Shown here: piece by piece, positions 49,275-58,461 of the stretch
Layout of the letters: every line of letters starts with the position of its first letter
How positions within the stretch are numbered: the first letter of the stretch is position 1
Assembly: GCA_963770895.1 (NCBI GenBank)
Contig: CAVYRF010000002.1
Location: 2,848,001 to 2,912,000 of the forward strand
Origin: an uncultured Acidobacteriota bacterium
Lineage (GTDB): Bacteria; Acidobacteriota; Thermoanaerobaculia; Multivoradales; UBA5704
Reading direction: 5' to 3'
DNA: 64,000 nucleotides
Program-made: the position numbers and the translations under genes
The notes under the pieces: generated by a model
Seen by the model: the letters and a program-made list of their open reading frames with translations, nothing else
Database searches by the model: none
Told to the model about the DNA's origin: nothing

Positions 49275-50114
49275 CTAGCTGTGCGTGCCCTTGAGGATCT
49301 GGACCAGCATGGTTTCGGGGGAGTTCCAGGACAGGCCGGTGATGCGGCCGATCTCTTTGTCGCCCAGGTAGACGATGCCGGTGGGCACGCCCGAAATGGC
49401 GTTTTCCTTGGCGATCGGTTCGGTGCCGAAGTGCGGCGGCAGGCCGAAGTATTCGATGTGGATGTTGGAACCCTTCAGCTGCTGTTCGACCTTGATGGCG
49501 TGCGGCACCATTTCCCGGCAGTGCGGGCACCAGCTGCCGAAATAGATGCGCAGGCGCACCGCGCGCGGCTCCTTGCGCAGCGCGGCGACCGCCGCGGCGT
49601 TGGTCTGGTAGGCGGCGGCGCGCGTTCCGTATTCGGGGTTGTGCTCGACGACTTCTTCGGCGCGGTGCAGACCGACCAGCGGCGGCGTCGGCCGCAGCTC
49701 GACGGGCTTGCCGTCCACCTTGAAGTGGACCACCTCTTCGATGAAATCGATCCCGCCCTGCTGCGCCAGCACGGCGCCGGGAAGCAGGTCGATCGAGCCG
49801 TCCGGTTTCTTGTCCACCTTCATCAGGTTCACCGTCTGGGCGGAGTTGGAAGAGGGCAGCAGCAACACCGGCGAGGTCAGCGACGACGAGATGATGAGCA
49901 TGCCGCCCACCCGCTGGCTCATGTAGATCTCGGCCGGCACCTGCTTGCCCGCGAGCACCACCACGTAGTCGCTGGTGCGGGTAAAGTCCCGCATGGCGCC
50001 GTCTCCGGGACCGGGGGAAGCGGCCTGAGCCGCGGCCAAGGTGGCAGGGCCGCCGGCGGCAAGCAAGCAGATGGCCAAGATCGCTGCGACGGTCGAGAGC
50101 TGGCGGTGGGTCAT
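49275..50114 (-). CDS. Secreted thioredoxin-family protein
   Basis: Signal peptide, GSWCPHC, GVPT cis-Pro loop. Confidence 0.85.
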   Translation of the reverse strand: MTHRQLSTVAAILAICLLAAGGPATLAAAQAASPGPGDGAMRDFTRTSDYVVVLAGKQVPAEIYMSQRVGGMLIISSSLTSPVLLLPSSNSAQTVNLMKVDKKPDGSIDLLPGAVLAQQGGIDFIEEVVHFKVDGKPVELRPTPPLVGLHRAEEVVEHNPEYGTRAAAYQTNAAAVAALRKEPRAVRLRIYFGSWCPHCREMVPHAIKVEQQLKGSNIHIEYFGLPPHFGTEPIAKENAISGVPTGIVYLGDKEIGRITGLSWNSPETMLVQILKGTHS

Positions 50115-50124
50115 CGATTGGGCC

Positions 50125-51324
50125 TCATGAACGGTGGTGATCGGCGGCGGCGGCGCTTGCGGTCGGCAGCGGCGGCAGGCCGGAGAAAGTGGCCGTCACG
50201 CGCCCGTCCTGCACGGCGAACGAGCGGGGAAGCCGGCGATACAAAGGGCGCAGCAGCTCGGCGGGTGCTTCGGCGACGCGGAAGGCGGGACCCCATTTCC
50301 AGAAGAACGTGCGCTGGCGCGCCTCATCCGAGGCGGTCAGCACCCACACCGCCGCGGCGCCGGGCGAGCCCGCATAGGCGTTGAGCGCCGGCACCGCCTT
50401 GGCGAGCGCGTCGTCGTCGATGTCGTCGAGCACCACCATGTGATTGCCGTGGTCCAGGTCGGGCACGATGGTGTTGAGGCAGGCGCCGCCGCCGCGCGGA
50501 TCGCCGGCGCAGAGCTGGTCGACCGACGCGCCCGGCTTGAGGCGGGTGGCAAGGTCGTCGAGCGGCAGCGCCGGCGCCCGCCAGGCGAACACCACGACCG
50601 CCGCCGTGAACACCGCGACGACCAGGGTGCGCGCGGTGGGCGCCGTCCGGCGCGGCGCCGGGGCGCGGCCTCGCCAGGCCAGGAGCAGCGCCGGCACCAG
50701 CAGCAGCAGGTCCTGCCAGAAGGCCGCCGCCGGTGTGCGCTGGACCAGATTGCCAAAGCAGCCGCACGAGGCGCCGGCCGCGGTCTGGCCGTGCGCCGCC
50801 AGCCACCAGCTGCGGCCGTTGAGCGCCACGAAGAGCGCCACCAGCAGCGTCACCGGCACCAGCACCCACAGCCGCCGCAGTCCCAGCAGCAGCGCCATGC
50901 CCAGCGCCGCTTCCACCGCCAGGGCGGCAAGTGCAAAGATCTCAAAGGTTTCGGGGATCGCCGGGGCCTGTCCGCCCGGCGCTGCGCCAACGCCGCCAGC
51001 GCCGCCGGTCCCCGCGCCGCCCGCAACGGTTGCGGGCATCGCCCACGACAGCAGCCCTTCGTCCTGCAGCAGCTGGGCAAACGCATGCGGATCCAGCGCC
51101 TTGCCCCAGACCGCCACCAGCAGCACGGCGCCCAGCAGGCAGCCGCCGGCCGTGCCGAGCCATCGCCAGAGCCGCCCCGCGCCGGCACCGGCCGGCGCCG
51201 CCAGCGGGCGCAGCGCCCAATCGCGCTCGGCGCGCCGGGTGACGGACTGCGGGCGCTGGGCGGTGGCTGGGGAGGTGGCGTCCGGTGGGTTCATGGAGTC
51301 CATGCGCGGCATCTGGCGGCTCAT
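50125..51324 (-). CDS. MauE/DoxX-family redox membrane protein
   Basis: VWGKALDP, VEAALG, SCGCFG; ATGA overlap with the uvrA stop; start uncertain. Confidence 0.75.
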   Translation of the reverse strand: MSRQMPRMDSMNPPDATSPATAQRPQSVTRRAERDWALRPLAAPAGAGAGRLWRWLGTAGGCLLGAVLLVAVWGKALDPHAFAQLLQDEGLLSWAMPATVAGGAGTGGAGGVGAAPGGQAPAIPETFEIFALAALAVEAALGMALLLGLRRLWVLVPVTLLVALFVALNGRSWWLAAHGQTAAGASCGCFGNLVQRTPAAAFWQDLLLLVPALLLAWRGRAPAPRRTAPTARTLVVAVFTAAVVVFAWRAPALPLDDLATRLKPGASVDQLCAGDPRGGGACLNTIVPDLDHGNHMVVLDDIDDDALAKAVPALNAYAGSPGAAAVWVLTASDEARQRTFFWKWGPAFRVAEAPAELLRPLYRRLPRSFAVQDGRVTATFSGLPPLPTASAAAADHHRS

Positions 51325-54212
51325 TCTACAGCCGCCGCCATCACGATCGGGCTTTCGGGTGCCGCCCAGCCCAGGTGACGCCGCAGCTCGTCGGCGGTGG
51401 GGCTCACCACGCGGTCCAGAAACGTTTCCAGCGGGCCGCAGAAAAGCAGCGCGCCGCCGTGGACGCCGCCGCCGGGTCCCAGGTCGACGATCCAGTCGCA
51501 GCGGGCCAGCAGGTCGGGGCTGTGCTCGACCACGATCACCCCGTCGCCGCGCTGCACCAGGCGGCGCAGGGTGTGGCAGAGCAGGTCGATGTCGGCCAGG
51601 TGCAGCCCGGTCGTCGGCTCGTCGAACAGGAACAGGCGCTTGCCTTCGGCCGCCGGGCGGTCCAGAAAGCTGGCCAGCTTGAGCCGCTGCGCTTCGCCGC
51701 CCGACAGGGTCGACGTCGGCTGGCCGAGCCGCAGGTAGCCCAGCCCGGCGTCGGCCAGCAGGCGCAGGCGGCGGCACAGCCGCTTCTGCTCGGCAAAGGC
51801 TTCGATCGCCTGGTCGACGGTCAGCTCCAGCGTCTCCGCGATGTTGCGCCGCAGGTAGCGGACGGCCAGCACCTCGGGGCGGAAGCGGCGCCCCTGGCAG
51901 GTTTCGCACGCCACCGTCACCGGCGCCATGAACTGCATGTCCACCTCGGTCACGCCGGTGCCCTCGCAGGCGGGACAGCGACCGCTTTCGACGTTGAAGG
52001 AGAAGTGGGCGGCGCTGATGCCGCGGGCGCGCGCTTCGGGCGTCGCGGCGTACAGCTTGCGGATCTCGTCGTAGGCCTTGATGTAGGTGATCGGGTTGGA
52101 GCGCGCCGAGCGGCCGAGCGGCCGCTGGTCGACCAGCGTCACGTCGGCCAGGCCCTCCAGGCCGGCCAGCTGGTCGCACTCTCCCGGTTCGACGTCCACC
52201 ACGCCGCGCGCCCGCTGGTAGGTGCCGTACAGCACGTTTTCGACCAGCGTCGACTTGCCCGAGCCCGACACGCCGGTGACCGCCACCAGGGCGCCCAGCG
52301 GCACCTCGACGTCGATGCCGCGCAGGTTGTGGGCGCGGGCGCCGCGGATCGCGACGCGCGGCATCGCCGACAGCTCCTCGCCGAGCGAATCCCAGCCCTG
52401 TTCGCGGCGGAAGCGGGCGACGTGCTGGCGGGCGGGGGTGCGCGGGCGCTGGCGCAGGTAGCGGCCGGTGAGCGATTCCTCGCAGGCCAGGATGTCGGCC
52501 AGCGGGCCCTCCACCACCACCTGGCCGCCGCGCTCGCCGGCCGCCGGCCCCAGGTCGATCACGTGGTCGGCGCCGCGGATCAGCGTGCGGTCGTGCTCCA
52601 CCACCAGCACGGTGTTGCCGCGCTTCGCCAGGTCGCGCAACAGCTCCAGCAGGCGGCCGCTGTCCTGAGGATGCAGCCCGATGGTCGGTTCGTCCAGGAC
52701 GTAGAGCGTGCTGGTCAGCCCCGAGCCGAGCGCCGCCGACAGGTGGATGCGCTGCGTCTCGCCGCCCGAAACCGTGCGCGCCTGGCGGCTCAGGGTCAGG
52801 TAGTCGAGCCCCACCCGGTGCAGCACCTCGATGCGCTCGCCCAGCTCGTCGAGCAGGTGCCCGGCGATCTCGCGCTCGCGCGGCGTGAAGCGCTCCGCCG
52901 CCAGCCAGGCGCGCAGCTGCTCGACGCTCATGTCGCTCAGGCCGGGCAGCGTCTGGCCGTGCAGGCGCACCGCCACCGCCTCGGGGCGCAGCCGCCGGCC
53001 GCCGCAGGCGGTGCACGGCGTGTAGGAGCGGTAGCGGGCCAGCAGCACGCGCACGTGCACCTTGTAGGTGCGCTGCTCGAGCCAGGCGAAAAAGTCGGTC
53101 AGGTTGACGAAGCTGCCCTGCCCGCTCCACACCCATTCGCGCTCGGCTTCCGGCAGCTCCGCCCAGGGCAGGTCGACCGCGATGCGGCGCCGCCGCGCCG
53201 CCCGCAGCAGCCCGTCGTACAGCTCCTCGTAGGCCGGCGTGTTCCAGGGCGCGATCGGCCGTTCGGCCAGCGACCGCCGCGGGTCGGGGATCACCCGCTC
53301 GCGGTCGATGCCGATCACCCGGCCGAACCCCTGGCAGGTGGGGCAGGCGCCCAGCGGCGAATTGAACGAAAAGAGCGGCGGCGTCGGCCGCCGCACCGTT
53401 TCGCCGCACACCGGGCACCCCAGCTCGCGCGCGAAATACCGCACCCCCGCGGACCCCAGCGCTTCGATGCGCCCGCCGCCCAGCCGGTAGCCCTCTTCGA
53501 TCGTCGACACCACCCGCGCCGCCGCTTCGGCGTGCGCCGGGAAGCGCCCCAGCGCCAGCGGCAGCGGGTCGAGCGCCGCCGGCCACCGCTCGCCGGGCTC
53601 CATGCGCACGATCGCCGCCCGCGCCAGGGCATCGGCGCCGCCACCAGAGCCGGCGTCGTCGCCGTGCAGCCGCCGGTTGAAACCCTGGCGGATCAGCTCC
53701 GCCAGCGCCTCGTCGGCGCCGCGCTGCGGCCGCCGCACCTTGGCCACCAGCACAAAGGGGTCGCCCACCGACCCGGCGGCCAGGTCCAGCGCCGCCTCCT
53801 CGGGTGTGAACGCGCGCGCCTGCCCATGCCCGTGCGGGCACCCCACCTCACCCAGGTGGGTGAACAGCAGCCGCATCACGTCGTGGATCTCGGTGATCGT
53901 GCCCACCGTCGAGCGCGCGTTGCGGACGCCGTTGCGGGCCTCCAGCGCCACCGCCGGCAAAATGTTGTGGATCGCGTCCACCGGCGGCCGCTCCATCTGG
54001 TCCAGGAACTGCCGCGCATACGTCGACATCGATTCGACAAAACGCCGCTGCCCTTCGGCAAACACCGTATCGAACGCCAGCGACGACTTGCCGGCGCCCG
54101 AAGGCCCCGTCACCACCGTCACCGCGCGATGCGGCACCCGGCAGCTGATTGCCTTTAAATTGTGTGTCCGGGCCCGTTCGACCCTGATCGCGGCTCGCTC
54201 GTCCATCGACAT
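51321..54212 (-). CDS. uvrA: Excinuclease ABC subunit UvrA
   Basis: ARTHNLK, GPSGAGKSSLAFDT, FSFNSPLGACPTC, GVSGSGKS, LSGGEAQRLKLA. Confidence 0.93.
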   Translation of the reverse strand: MSMDERAAIRVERARTHNLKAISCRVPHRAVTVVTGPSGAGKSSLAFDTVFAEGQRRFVESMSTYARQFLDQMERPPVDAIHNILPAVALEARNGVRNARSTVGTITEIHDVMRLLFTHLGEVGCPHGHGQARAFTPEEAALDLAAGSVGDPFVLVAKVRRPQRGADEALAELIRQGFNRRLHGDDAGSGGGADALARAAIVRMEPGERWPAALDPLPLALGRFPAHAEAAARVVSTIEEGYRLGGGRIEALGSAGVRYFARELGCPVCGETVRRPTPPLFSFNSPLGACPTCQGFGRVIGIDRERVIPDPRRSLAERPIAPWNTPAYEELYDGLLRAARRRRIAVDLPWAELPEAEREWVWSGQGSFVNLTDFFAWLEQRTYKVHVRVLLARYRSYTPCTACGGRRLRPEAVAVRLHGQTLPGLSDMSVEQLRAWLAAERFTPREREIAGHLLDELGERIEVLHRVGLDYLTLSRQARTVSGGETQRIHLSAALGSGLTSTLYVLDEPTIGLHPQDSGRLLELLRDLAKRGNTVLVVEHDRTLIRGADHVIDLGPAAGERGGQVVVEGPLADILACEESLTGRYLRQRPRTPARQHVARFRREQGWDSLGEELSAMPRVAIRGARAHNLRGIDVEVPLGALVAVTGVSGSGKSTLVENVLYGTYQRARGVVDVEPGECDQLAGLEGLADVTLVDQRPLGRSARSNPITYIKAYDEIRKLYAATPEARARGISAAHFSFNVESGRCPACEGTGVTEVDMQFMAPVTVACETCQGRRFRPEVLAVRYLRRNIAETLELTVDQAIEAFAEQKRLCRRLRLLADAGLGYLRLGQPTSTLSGGEAQRLKLASFLDRPAAEGKRLFLFDEPTTGLHLADIDLLCHTLRRLVQRGDGVIVVEHSPDLLARCDWIVDLGPGGGVHGGALLFCGPLETFLDRVVSPTADELRRHLGWAAPESPIVMAAAVE

Positions 54213-54446
54213 CCCGCAGCGCCCCCGCCCGCTCACCGCCCCAACCCCACCGCCCCGCCCGGCGCCAGCCCGCGCAAGAGCCGGCGCCCCAGCGCCCCCG
54301 TCGCAGGCGAAGCGCTCATGATACTCCGACTTCGCAACCGGTTCCCCGCGTAACGGGCCAGTGACGAAAAGCCCATCCGCATCCCGTACCATTCCCCCGA
54401 TCGCGCCGCGGCCGGCTGCTATGCTTGGTGCGAGGAGGGCACACGG

Positions 54447-54977
54447 TTGGATTTCGGCGCAGTGCTGGGCACCGTTGCGGTGTTTCTGACCAGCAGGAAT
54501 TGCCGTTTTGCTCTCATCGGAGGCGTGGCGCTCGCAGCCTATGGCCTGGCGCGCACGACCCTCGACCTGGATCTGCTCGTCGAGGCGGATGCTCAGGATG
54601 GCCTGATTTCCTTCCTGGAATCGCTGGGTTTTGCGACGCTCTACCGATCGACGGGTTACTCGAACCACCTTCATCCTGATCCAGCATGGGGGCGACTCGA
54701 CTGCGTGTATGTTCGCGGAGCAACCAGCGATCAGCTGTTTGCCGCCTGCCGCACCGCCGCGGTGCCCGGCGGCTTGCAGCTCCCCTTGCCGAAGCCCGAG
54801 CACCTGGCTGCGCTGAAAGTGCTGGCGATGAAAAACGATCCCGGTCGTACCTTGCAAGACATGGCCGACATCCGCTTTCTCCTCCAACTGCCGCAGGTCG
54901 ATCGTGGGGAGGTGCGGGCCTATTTCGAGAAGCACGGCCTGGTGGAGCGCTTTGATGAGATCGAACGGTTCCTCTGA
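54447..54977 (+). CDS. Nucleotidyltransferase (DUF6036/AbiEii-like), putative toxin-antitoxin component
   Basis: LIGGVALAAYGLARTTLDLD, LAALKVLA, QDMADI. Confidence 0.8.
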   Translation: MDFGAVLGTVAVFLTSRNCRFALIGGVALAAYGLARTTLDLDLLVEADAQDGLISFLESLGFATLYRSTGYSNHLHPDPAWGRLDCVYVRGATSDQLFAACRTAAVPGGLQLPLPKPEHLAALKVLAMKNDPGRTLQDMADIRFLLQLPQVDRGEVRAYFEKHGLVERFDEIERFL

Positions 54978-55167
54978 TTTGCTGGGTGTTGGCGATCTGC
55001 CGACCACGGAGGAAGACGTCCTGGCGCTGCGCAGGTTGCACCCGGCGGCAGGCGGCGACTGGCTCGCTCAGCTTACGTCTCTGGCGGCACAGGTGCCGCA
55101 GGCGCCGCCGGGTGGCGCGGTCCGCCAGCGGCGGACGTTCGCCGGACTGGCCCCCTTCGAACTGTAG
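54955..55167 (+). CDS. Small protein overlapping the nucleotidyltransferase gene, putative partner
   Basis: GGAG + ATG; MRSNGSSD..DLPTTEEDVLALRR...PFEL. Confidence 0.6.
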   Translation: MRSNGSSDLLGVGDLPTTEEDVLALRRLHPAAGGDWLAQLTSLAAQVPQAPPGGAVRQRRTFAGLAPFEL

Positions 55168-55190
55168 GGCAGGGCGCTCGGCTGCTGCGG

Positions 55191-57839
55191 CTAGCGCGGC
55201 ACGTGGGGCTGGTTGCTGCGCGGGGGCGGCGGGGTGTCCTGGTCGCCGCCTCGATCGTCGCGGTCGTCGCGGTCGGTGCGGTCGGCGGCGCTGGAGCGGG
55301 GGTGGGGCGGGGGCGTTGCGGGGTGGGCGTTGGGGTCGTCTTTGGGCTTGCCGTCGGATTTGCCGTCTTGCTCTTCGTCGTGGCCGCCGAAGATGCGGTG
55401 GAGCCAGCGGCGGAAGGGGTGGCTGACGGGCTGCTTGTCGTCGGGACGGCCGTTGGCGGATTGGCCTGGGGCGGCGCCGGGCTCGCCTTCCGGGTGCTGA
55501 CCTCCGGGAGCGCCTGGAGTGCCGGGCGGCTGGGGACCGATGGCGGCGTCGGCGGCCAGGTCGGGGTGGAGGCTGCACTGTTCGGAGGGGACTTCGCCGT
55601 TCCAGAAGACCTCGGTCAGGGTCTCCGGGCAGCTTTCGGTGGCGAGCAGGCCGCTTTCGGGGTCGATGAGGGCGGAGTCGATGCCGCTGGGCTGCGGGAA
55701 GGTGGAGTAGCCGCCGGGCGGAGTGACGGCGACGGTGAAGCGGCTCCAGATGGGCAGCGCCGCGCGTGCGCCCGACAGGCGGGTCACGGCGTTGTCGTCG
55801 TAGCCCACCCAGACGACGGTGGAGCGCTCGGGCGCGAAGCCGCCGAACCAGCTGTCGCGGCGGTCGTTGGTGGTGCCGGTCTTGCCGGCCAGCTTGCCGT
55901 GCAGGTGCCAGTCGGAGCCGGCGCCGGTGCCGCGCTCCAGGACTCCGATCATCAGCGAGGTGACCAGGTAGTTGGCCTGGGGTGTGAGCACGCGCACCCT
56001 GACGGGCAGCGGCTTGCCTTCGATGCGCTTGCCGTGGCTGTCGACGACCGCCTCCAGGCCGTGCACCGGCGGGCGGATGCCGCCGGCGGCCAGGCTGGCA
56101 TAGACGGTCGCCAGCTCGATCGGCGCCACGGCGGTGGCACCCAGGGCGACGGCGGGGAAGGGCTCCATGCGCGTGGTGATGCCGAGCGCGTGGGCCAGCG
56201 AGACGATGCGCGGAATGCCGACTTCCATCGCCAGGCGGGCGGTGGCGGGGTTGTAGCTGTGCTCGAGCGCGGTGCGGACGGTCACCCAGCCGTGAAATTC
56301 GCCGTCGTCGTTCTTGGGGCTCCAGGTGCGGCCGCCGGATTCGATCTCCAGCGGCTCGTCTTCGAGAAAGGTGGCGGGGGTGGCGCGGTGCTCTTCGAAG
56401 GCTGCGGCGTAGACGATGGGCTTGAAGGCGCTGCCGGTCTGGCGGTTGGCCTGGCTGACGCGATCGAACTGGCTCTGGTCGTAACGCCGGCCGCCGATGT
56501 AGGCCAGGATTTCGCCGGTGGCCGGCTGGATGGAGACGAGCGCCACCTGCAGCGCCGACGCCTTGCCCTTTTCGTAGCCTTTTTCGGCGGTGGCCAGGCC
56601 GGCGTCGATCGCCGCCTGCGCCGCCTGTTCGTCATCCCAGCTGAGGGTCGAGTACAGCGAGTAGCCGCCGTCTTCCAGGTCGTCGACGTCGAAGCGCCTG
56701 GCGGCCTCGGCGGTGACGGCGTCGGCGAAGTAGGGGGCGCGCCGCCGCACCAGCGGTTCCGGCGCCACGGCGACCGGCGTGGCCAGCGCCGCCGCGACGT
56801 GTTCCTTGTCGGCGAGGCCGAGCGCCTGCATGCGGTGGAGCACCCAGTCGCGGCGCTCCCTGGCGCGATCGGGGTGGAACAGCGGCGAATACGCCGCCGG
56901 CGCCGGGATGATGCCGGCCAGCGTCGCCGCCTCGGCCAGGTTGAGCTGGCTGGCGTCCTTGCCGAAGTAGGCGCGGGAGGCGGCCCCCATGCCCATGACG
57001 TTGACGCCGCCGCTGCGCCCCAGGTAGATCTCGTTGAGGTAGGCGGTCAGGATCTCGCGCTTGCTGTAGCGCATCTCCAGCATCACCGCCAGGACCGCCT
57101 CCTGGATCTTGCGGGTCAGCTTGCGTTCCTGGCTGAGATAGATGTTCTTGACCACCTGCTGGGTCAGGGTGCTGCCGCCCTGGCGCAGCTGGCCGCCGCG
57201 CACGTTCACCCACAGGGCGCGCAGAATGCTGCTGGGCGCCACTCCGGAATGGCTGAAGAAGCTGTCGTCTTCGGCGGCGATGACGGCGTTGATCAGGTTT
57301 TCGGCCACTTCGTCGACGGTGACCGGCCGGCGCTCCAGCTGGTCGGGGCCGTAGTAGGAGGCGAGCAGCGGCGGCTCCAGCTCCGCCTTGGCCACCGGCT
57401 GGCCGTTGAGCGTCATGGCCGCCACGCGGGCGCCGTGCCAGGCTACCTCCAGCAGGCCGCCGCCCTGGCGCCCGTCCGGCAGAAAGAAGCTGCGCAGGTG
57501 CACCGACAGGCTGTCGGGAGCGGTGCGATAGCGGCCCGGCGGCAGGACCGCGGCGCCGGGCTCCTCGCGGTAGCCCTCGCCCGTCAGGTCCTTGACCAGG
57601 CGCTCGACCGGCACGGCGCGCCCCTCTTCCAGCTGGGTCGGCCGGGCGTACAGGCGCGACGGCTGGCGGAAGGTGATCTGCTCGAAGCGGCTGGACAGCC
57701 GCCAGAACGGCCGCAGCACAAAAAACCCGACGGCGCCGCCGACCAGCAGGATGGCGCCGGCGGCGACGAACCACCAGGGATGGCGCCGCCAGACCGGCGG
57801 GCCGCCTGCGCCGCGGGCGCTACCGTTTGCTGACGTCAT
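55191..57839 (-). CDS. mrcB: Class A penicillin-binding protein (PBP1B-like)
   Basis: UB2H-like region, AAED, GGSTLTQQ, RKIQE, GSAFKP (SxxK), SYN, KTGT. Confidence 0.9.
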   Translation of the reverse strand: MTSANGSARGAGGPPVWRRHPWWFVAAGAILLVGGAVGFFVLRPFWRLSSRFEQITFRQPSRLYARPTQLEEGRAVPVERLVKDLTGEGYREEPGAAVLPPGRYRTAPDSLSVHLRSFFLPDGRQGGGLLEVAWHGARVAAMTLNGQPVAKAELEPPLLASYYGPDQLERRPVTVDEVAENLINAVIAAEDDSFFSHSGVAPSSILRALWVNVRGGQLRQGGSTLTQQVVKNIYLSQERKLTRKIQEAVLAVMLEMRYSKREILTAYLNEIYLGRSGGVNVMGMGAASRAYFGKDASQLNLAEAATLAGIIPAPAAYSPLFHPDRARERRDWVLHRMQALGLADKEHVAAALATPVAVAPEPLVRRRAPYFADAVTAEAARRFDVDDLEDGGYSLYSTLSWDDEQAAQAAIDAGLATAEKGYEKGKASALQVALVSIQPATGEILAYIGGRRYDQSQFDRVSQANRQTGSAFKPIVYAAAFEEHRATPATFLEDEPLEIESGGRTWSPKNDDGEFHGWVTVRTALEHSYNPATARLAMEVGIPRIVSLAHALGITTRMEPFPAVALGATAVAPIELATVYASLAAGGIRPPVHGLEAVVDSHGKRIEGKPLPVRVRVLTPQANYLVTSLMIGVLERGTGAGSDWHLHGKLAGKTGTTNDRRDSWFGGFAPERSTVVWVGYDDNAVTRLSGARAALPIWSRFTVAVTPPGGYSTFPQPSGIDSALIDPESGLLATESCPETLTEVFWNGEVPSEQCSLHPDLAADAAIGPQPPGTPGAPGGQHPEGEPGAAPGQSANGRPDDKQPVSHPFRRWLHRIFGGHDEEQDGKSDGKPKDDPNAHPATPPPHPRSSAADRTDRDDRDDRGGDQDTPPPPRSNQPHVPR

Positions 57840-57861
57840 CAGGGGTTGCTCTCGACGGGCG

Positions 57862-58233
57862 TCAGGCGATCCTGGCGCGGCGCGCCGCGACGAACGAGCG
57901 GATGCACAGGACCAGGAAGACGCCGCACAGCACCAACATCGCCATCTGGTCGATCACCGCGGCGCGGTGCGCCAGCGGCTGGCCGGCGAGCAGCGCCGGC
58001 AGCTGGGGCAGCGCCCGCATCGGCCCCAGAAAGCCGATCAGCGCGAGCACCGCCGCGGCGTGCATGGCGTGCCTGCGCAACGCTTCGCGGCGCGCCAGCC
58101 AGCCGCAGACCAGCAGGAGCAGGCCGATGGCCGCCGGGATCAGGGCGGTAGGGCTGGTGCGGCCGGTCGCAAAGTAGCCGCCGAACCCCAGCGCGGTGAG
58201 CGCCAGCCCGAATCCAAGGGTCACGTTCGCCAT
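57862..58233 (-). CDS. Small membrane protein (TMEM14-like)
   Basis: GGAGG RBS; MANVTLGFG..TSPTALIPA..AMHAA..CIRSFVAARR. Confidence 0.75.
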   Translation of the reverse strand: MANVTLGFGLALTALGFGGYFATGRTSPTALIPAAIGLLLLVCGWLARREALRRHAMHAAAVLALIGFLGPMRALPQLPALLAGQPLAHRAAVIDQMAMLVLCGVFLVLCIRSFVAARRARIA

Positions 58234-58461
58234 CGTCATCCGCCTCCAGCCGGACAAGGGTAACACGCAGGCCCCCTGCCTCCAGCCGCGGTGCCCGTAC
58301 CCGTGTGCCGGGCGCGGCAGCGTGCCGGCCGCCGTCGCCGGGGACGAGCACCCCGCCGCCGCGCCGGGTGCTCTGAGTGGCCATGGGGGCGAGACCGGGT
58401 GGCGGGGGTGGCGGGGGGCCGGGAAGGCGGAGGCGGGCGAGGGTGTTATGATCCACGGCCC

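Noticed and set aside
54213-55007. 1228-aa UvrA with a long N-terminal extension
   Set aside because: Extension is antisense to the nucleotidyltransferase gene; UvrA homology starts at about 54212
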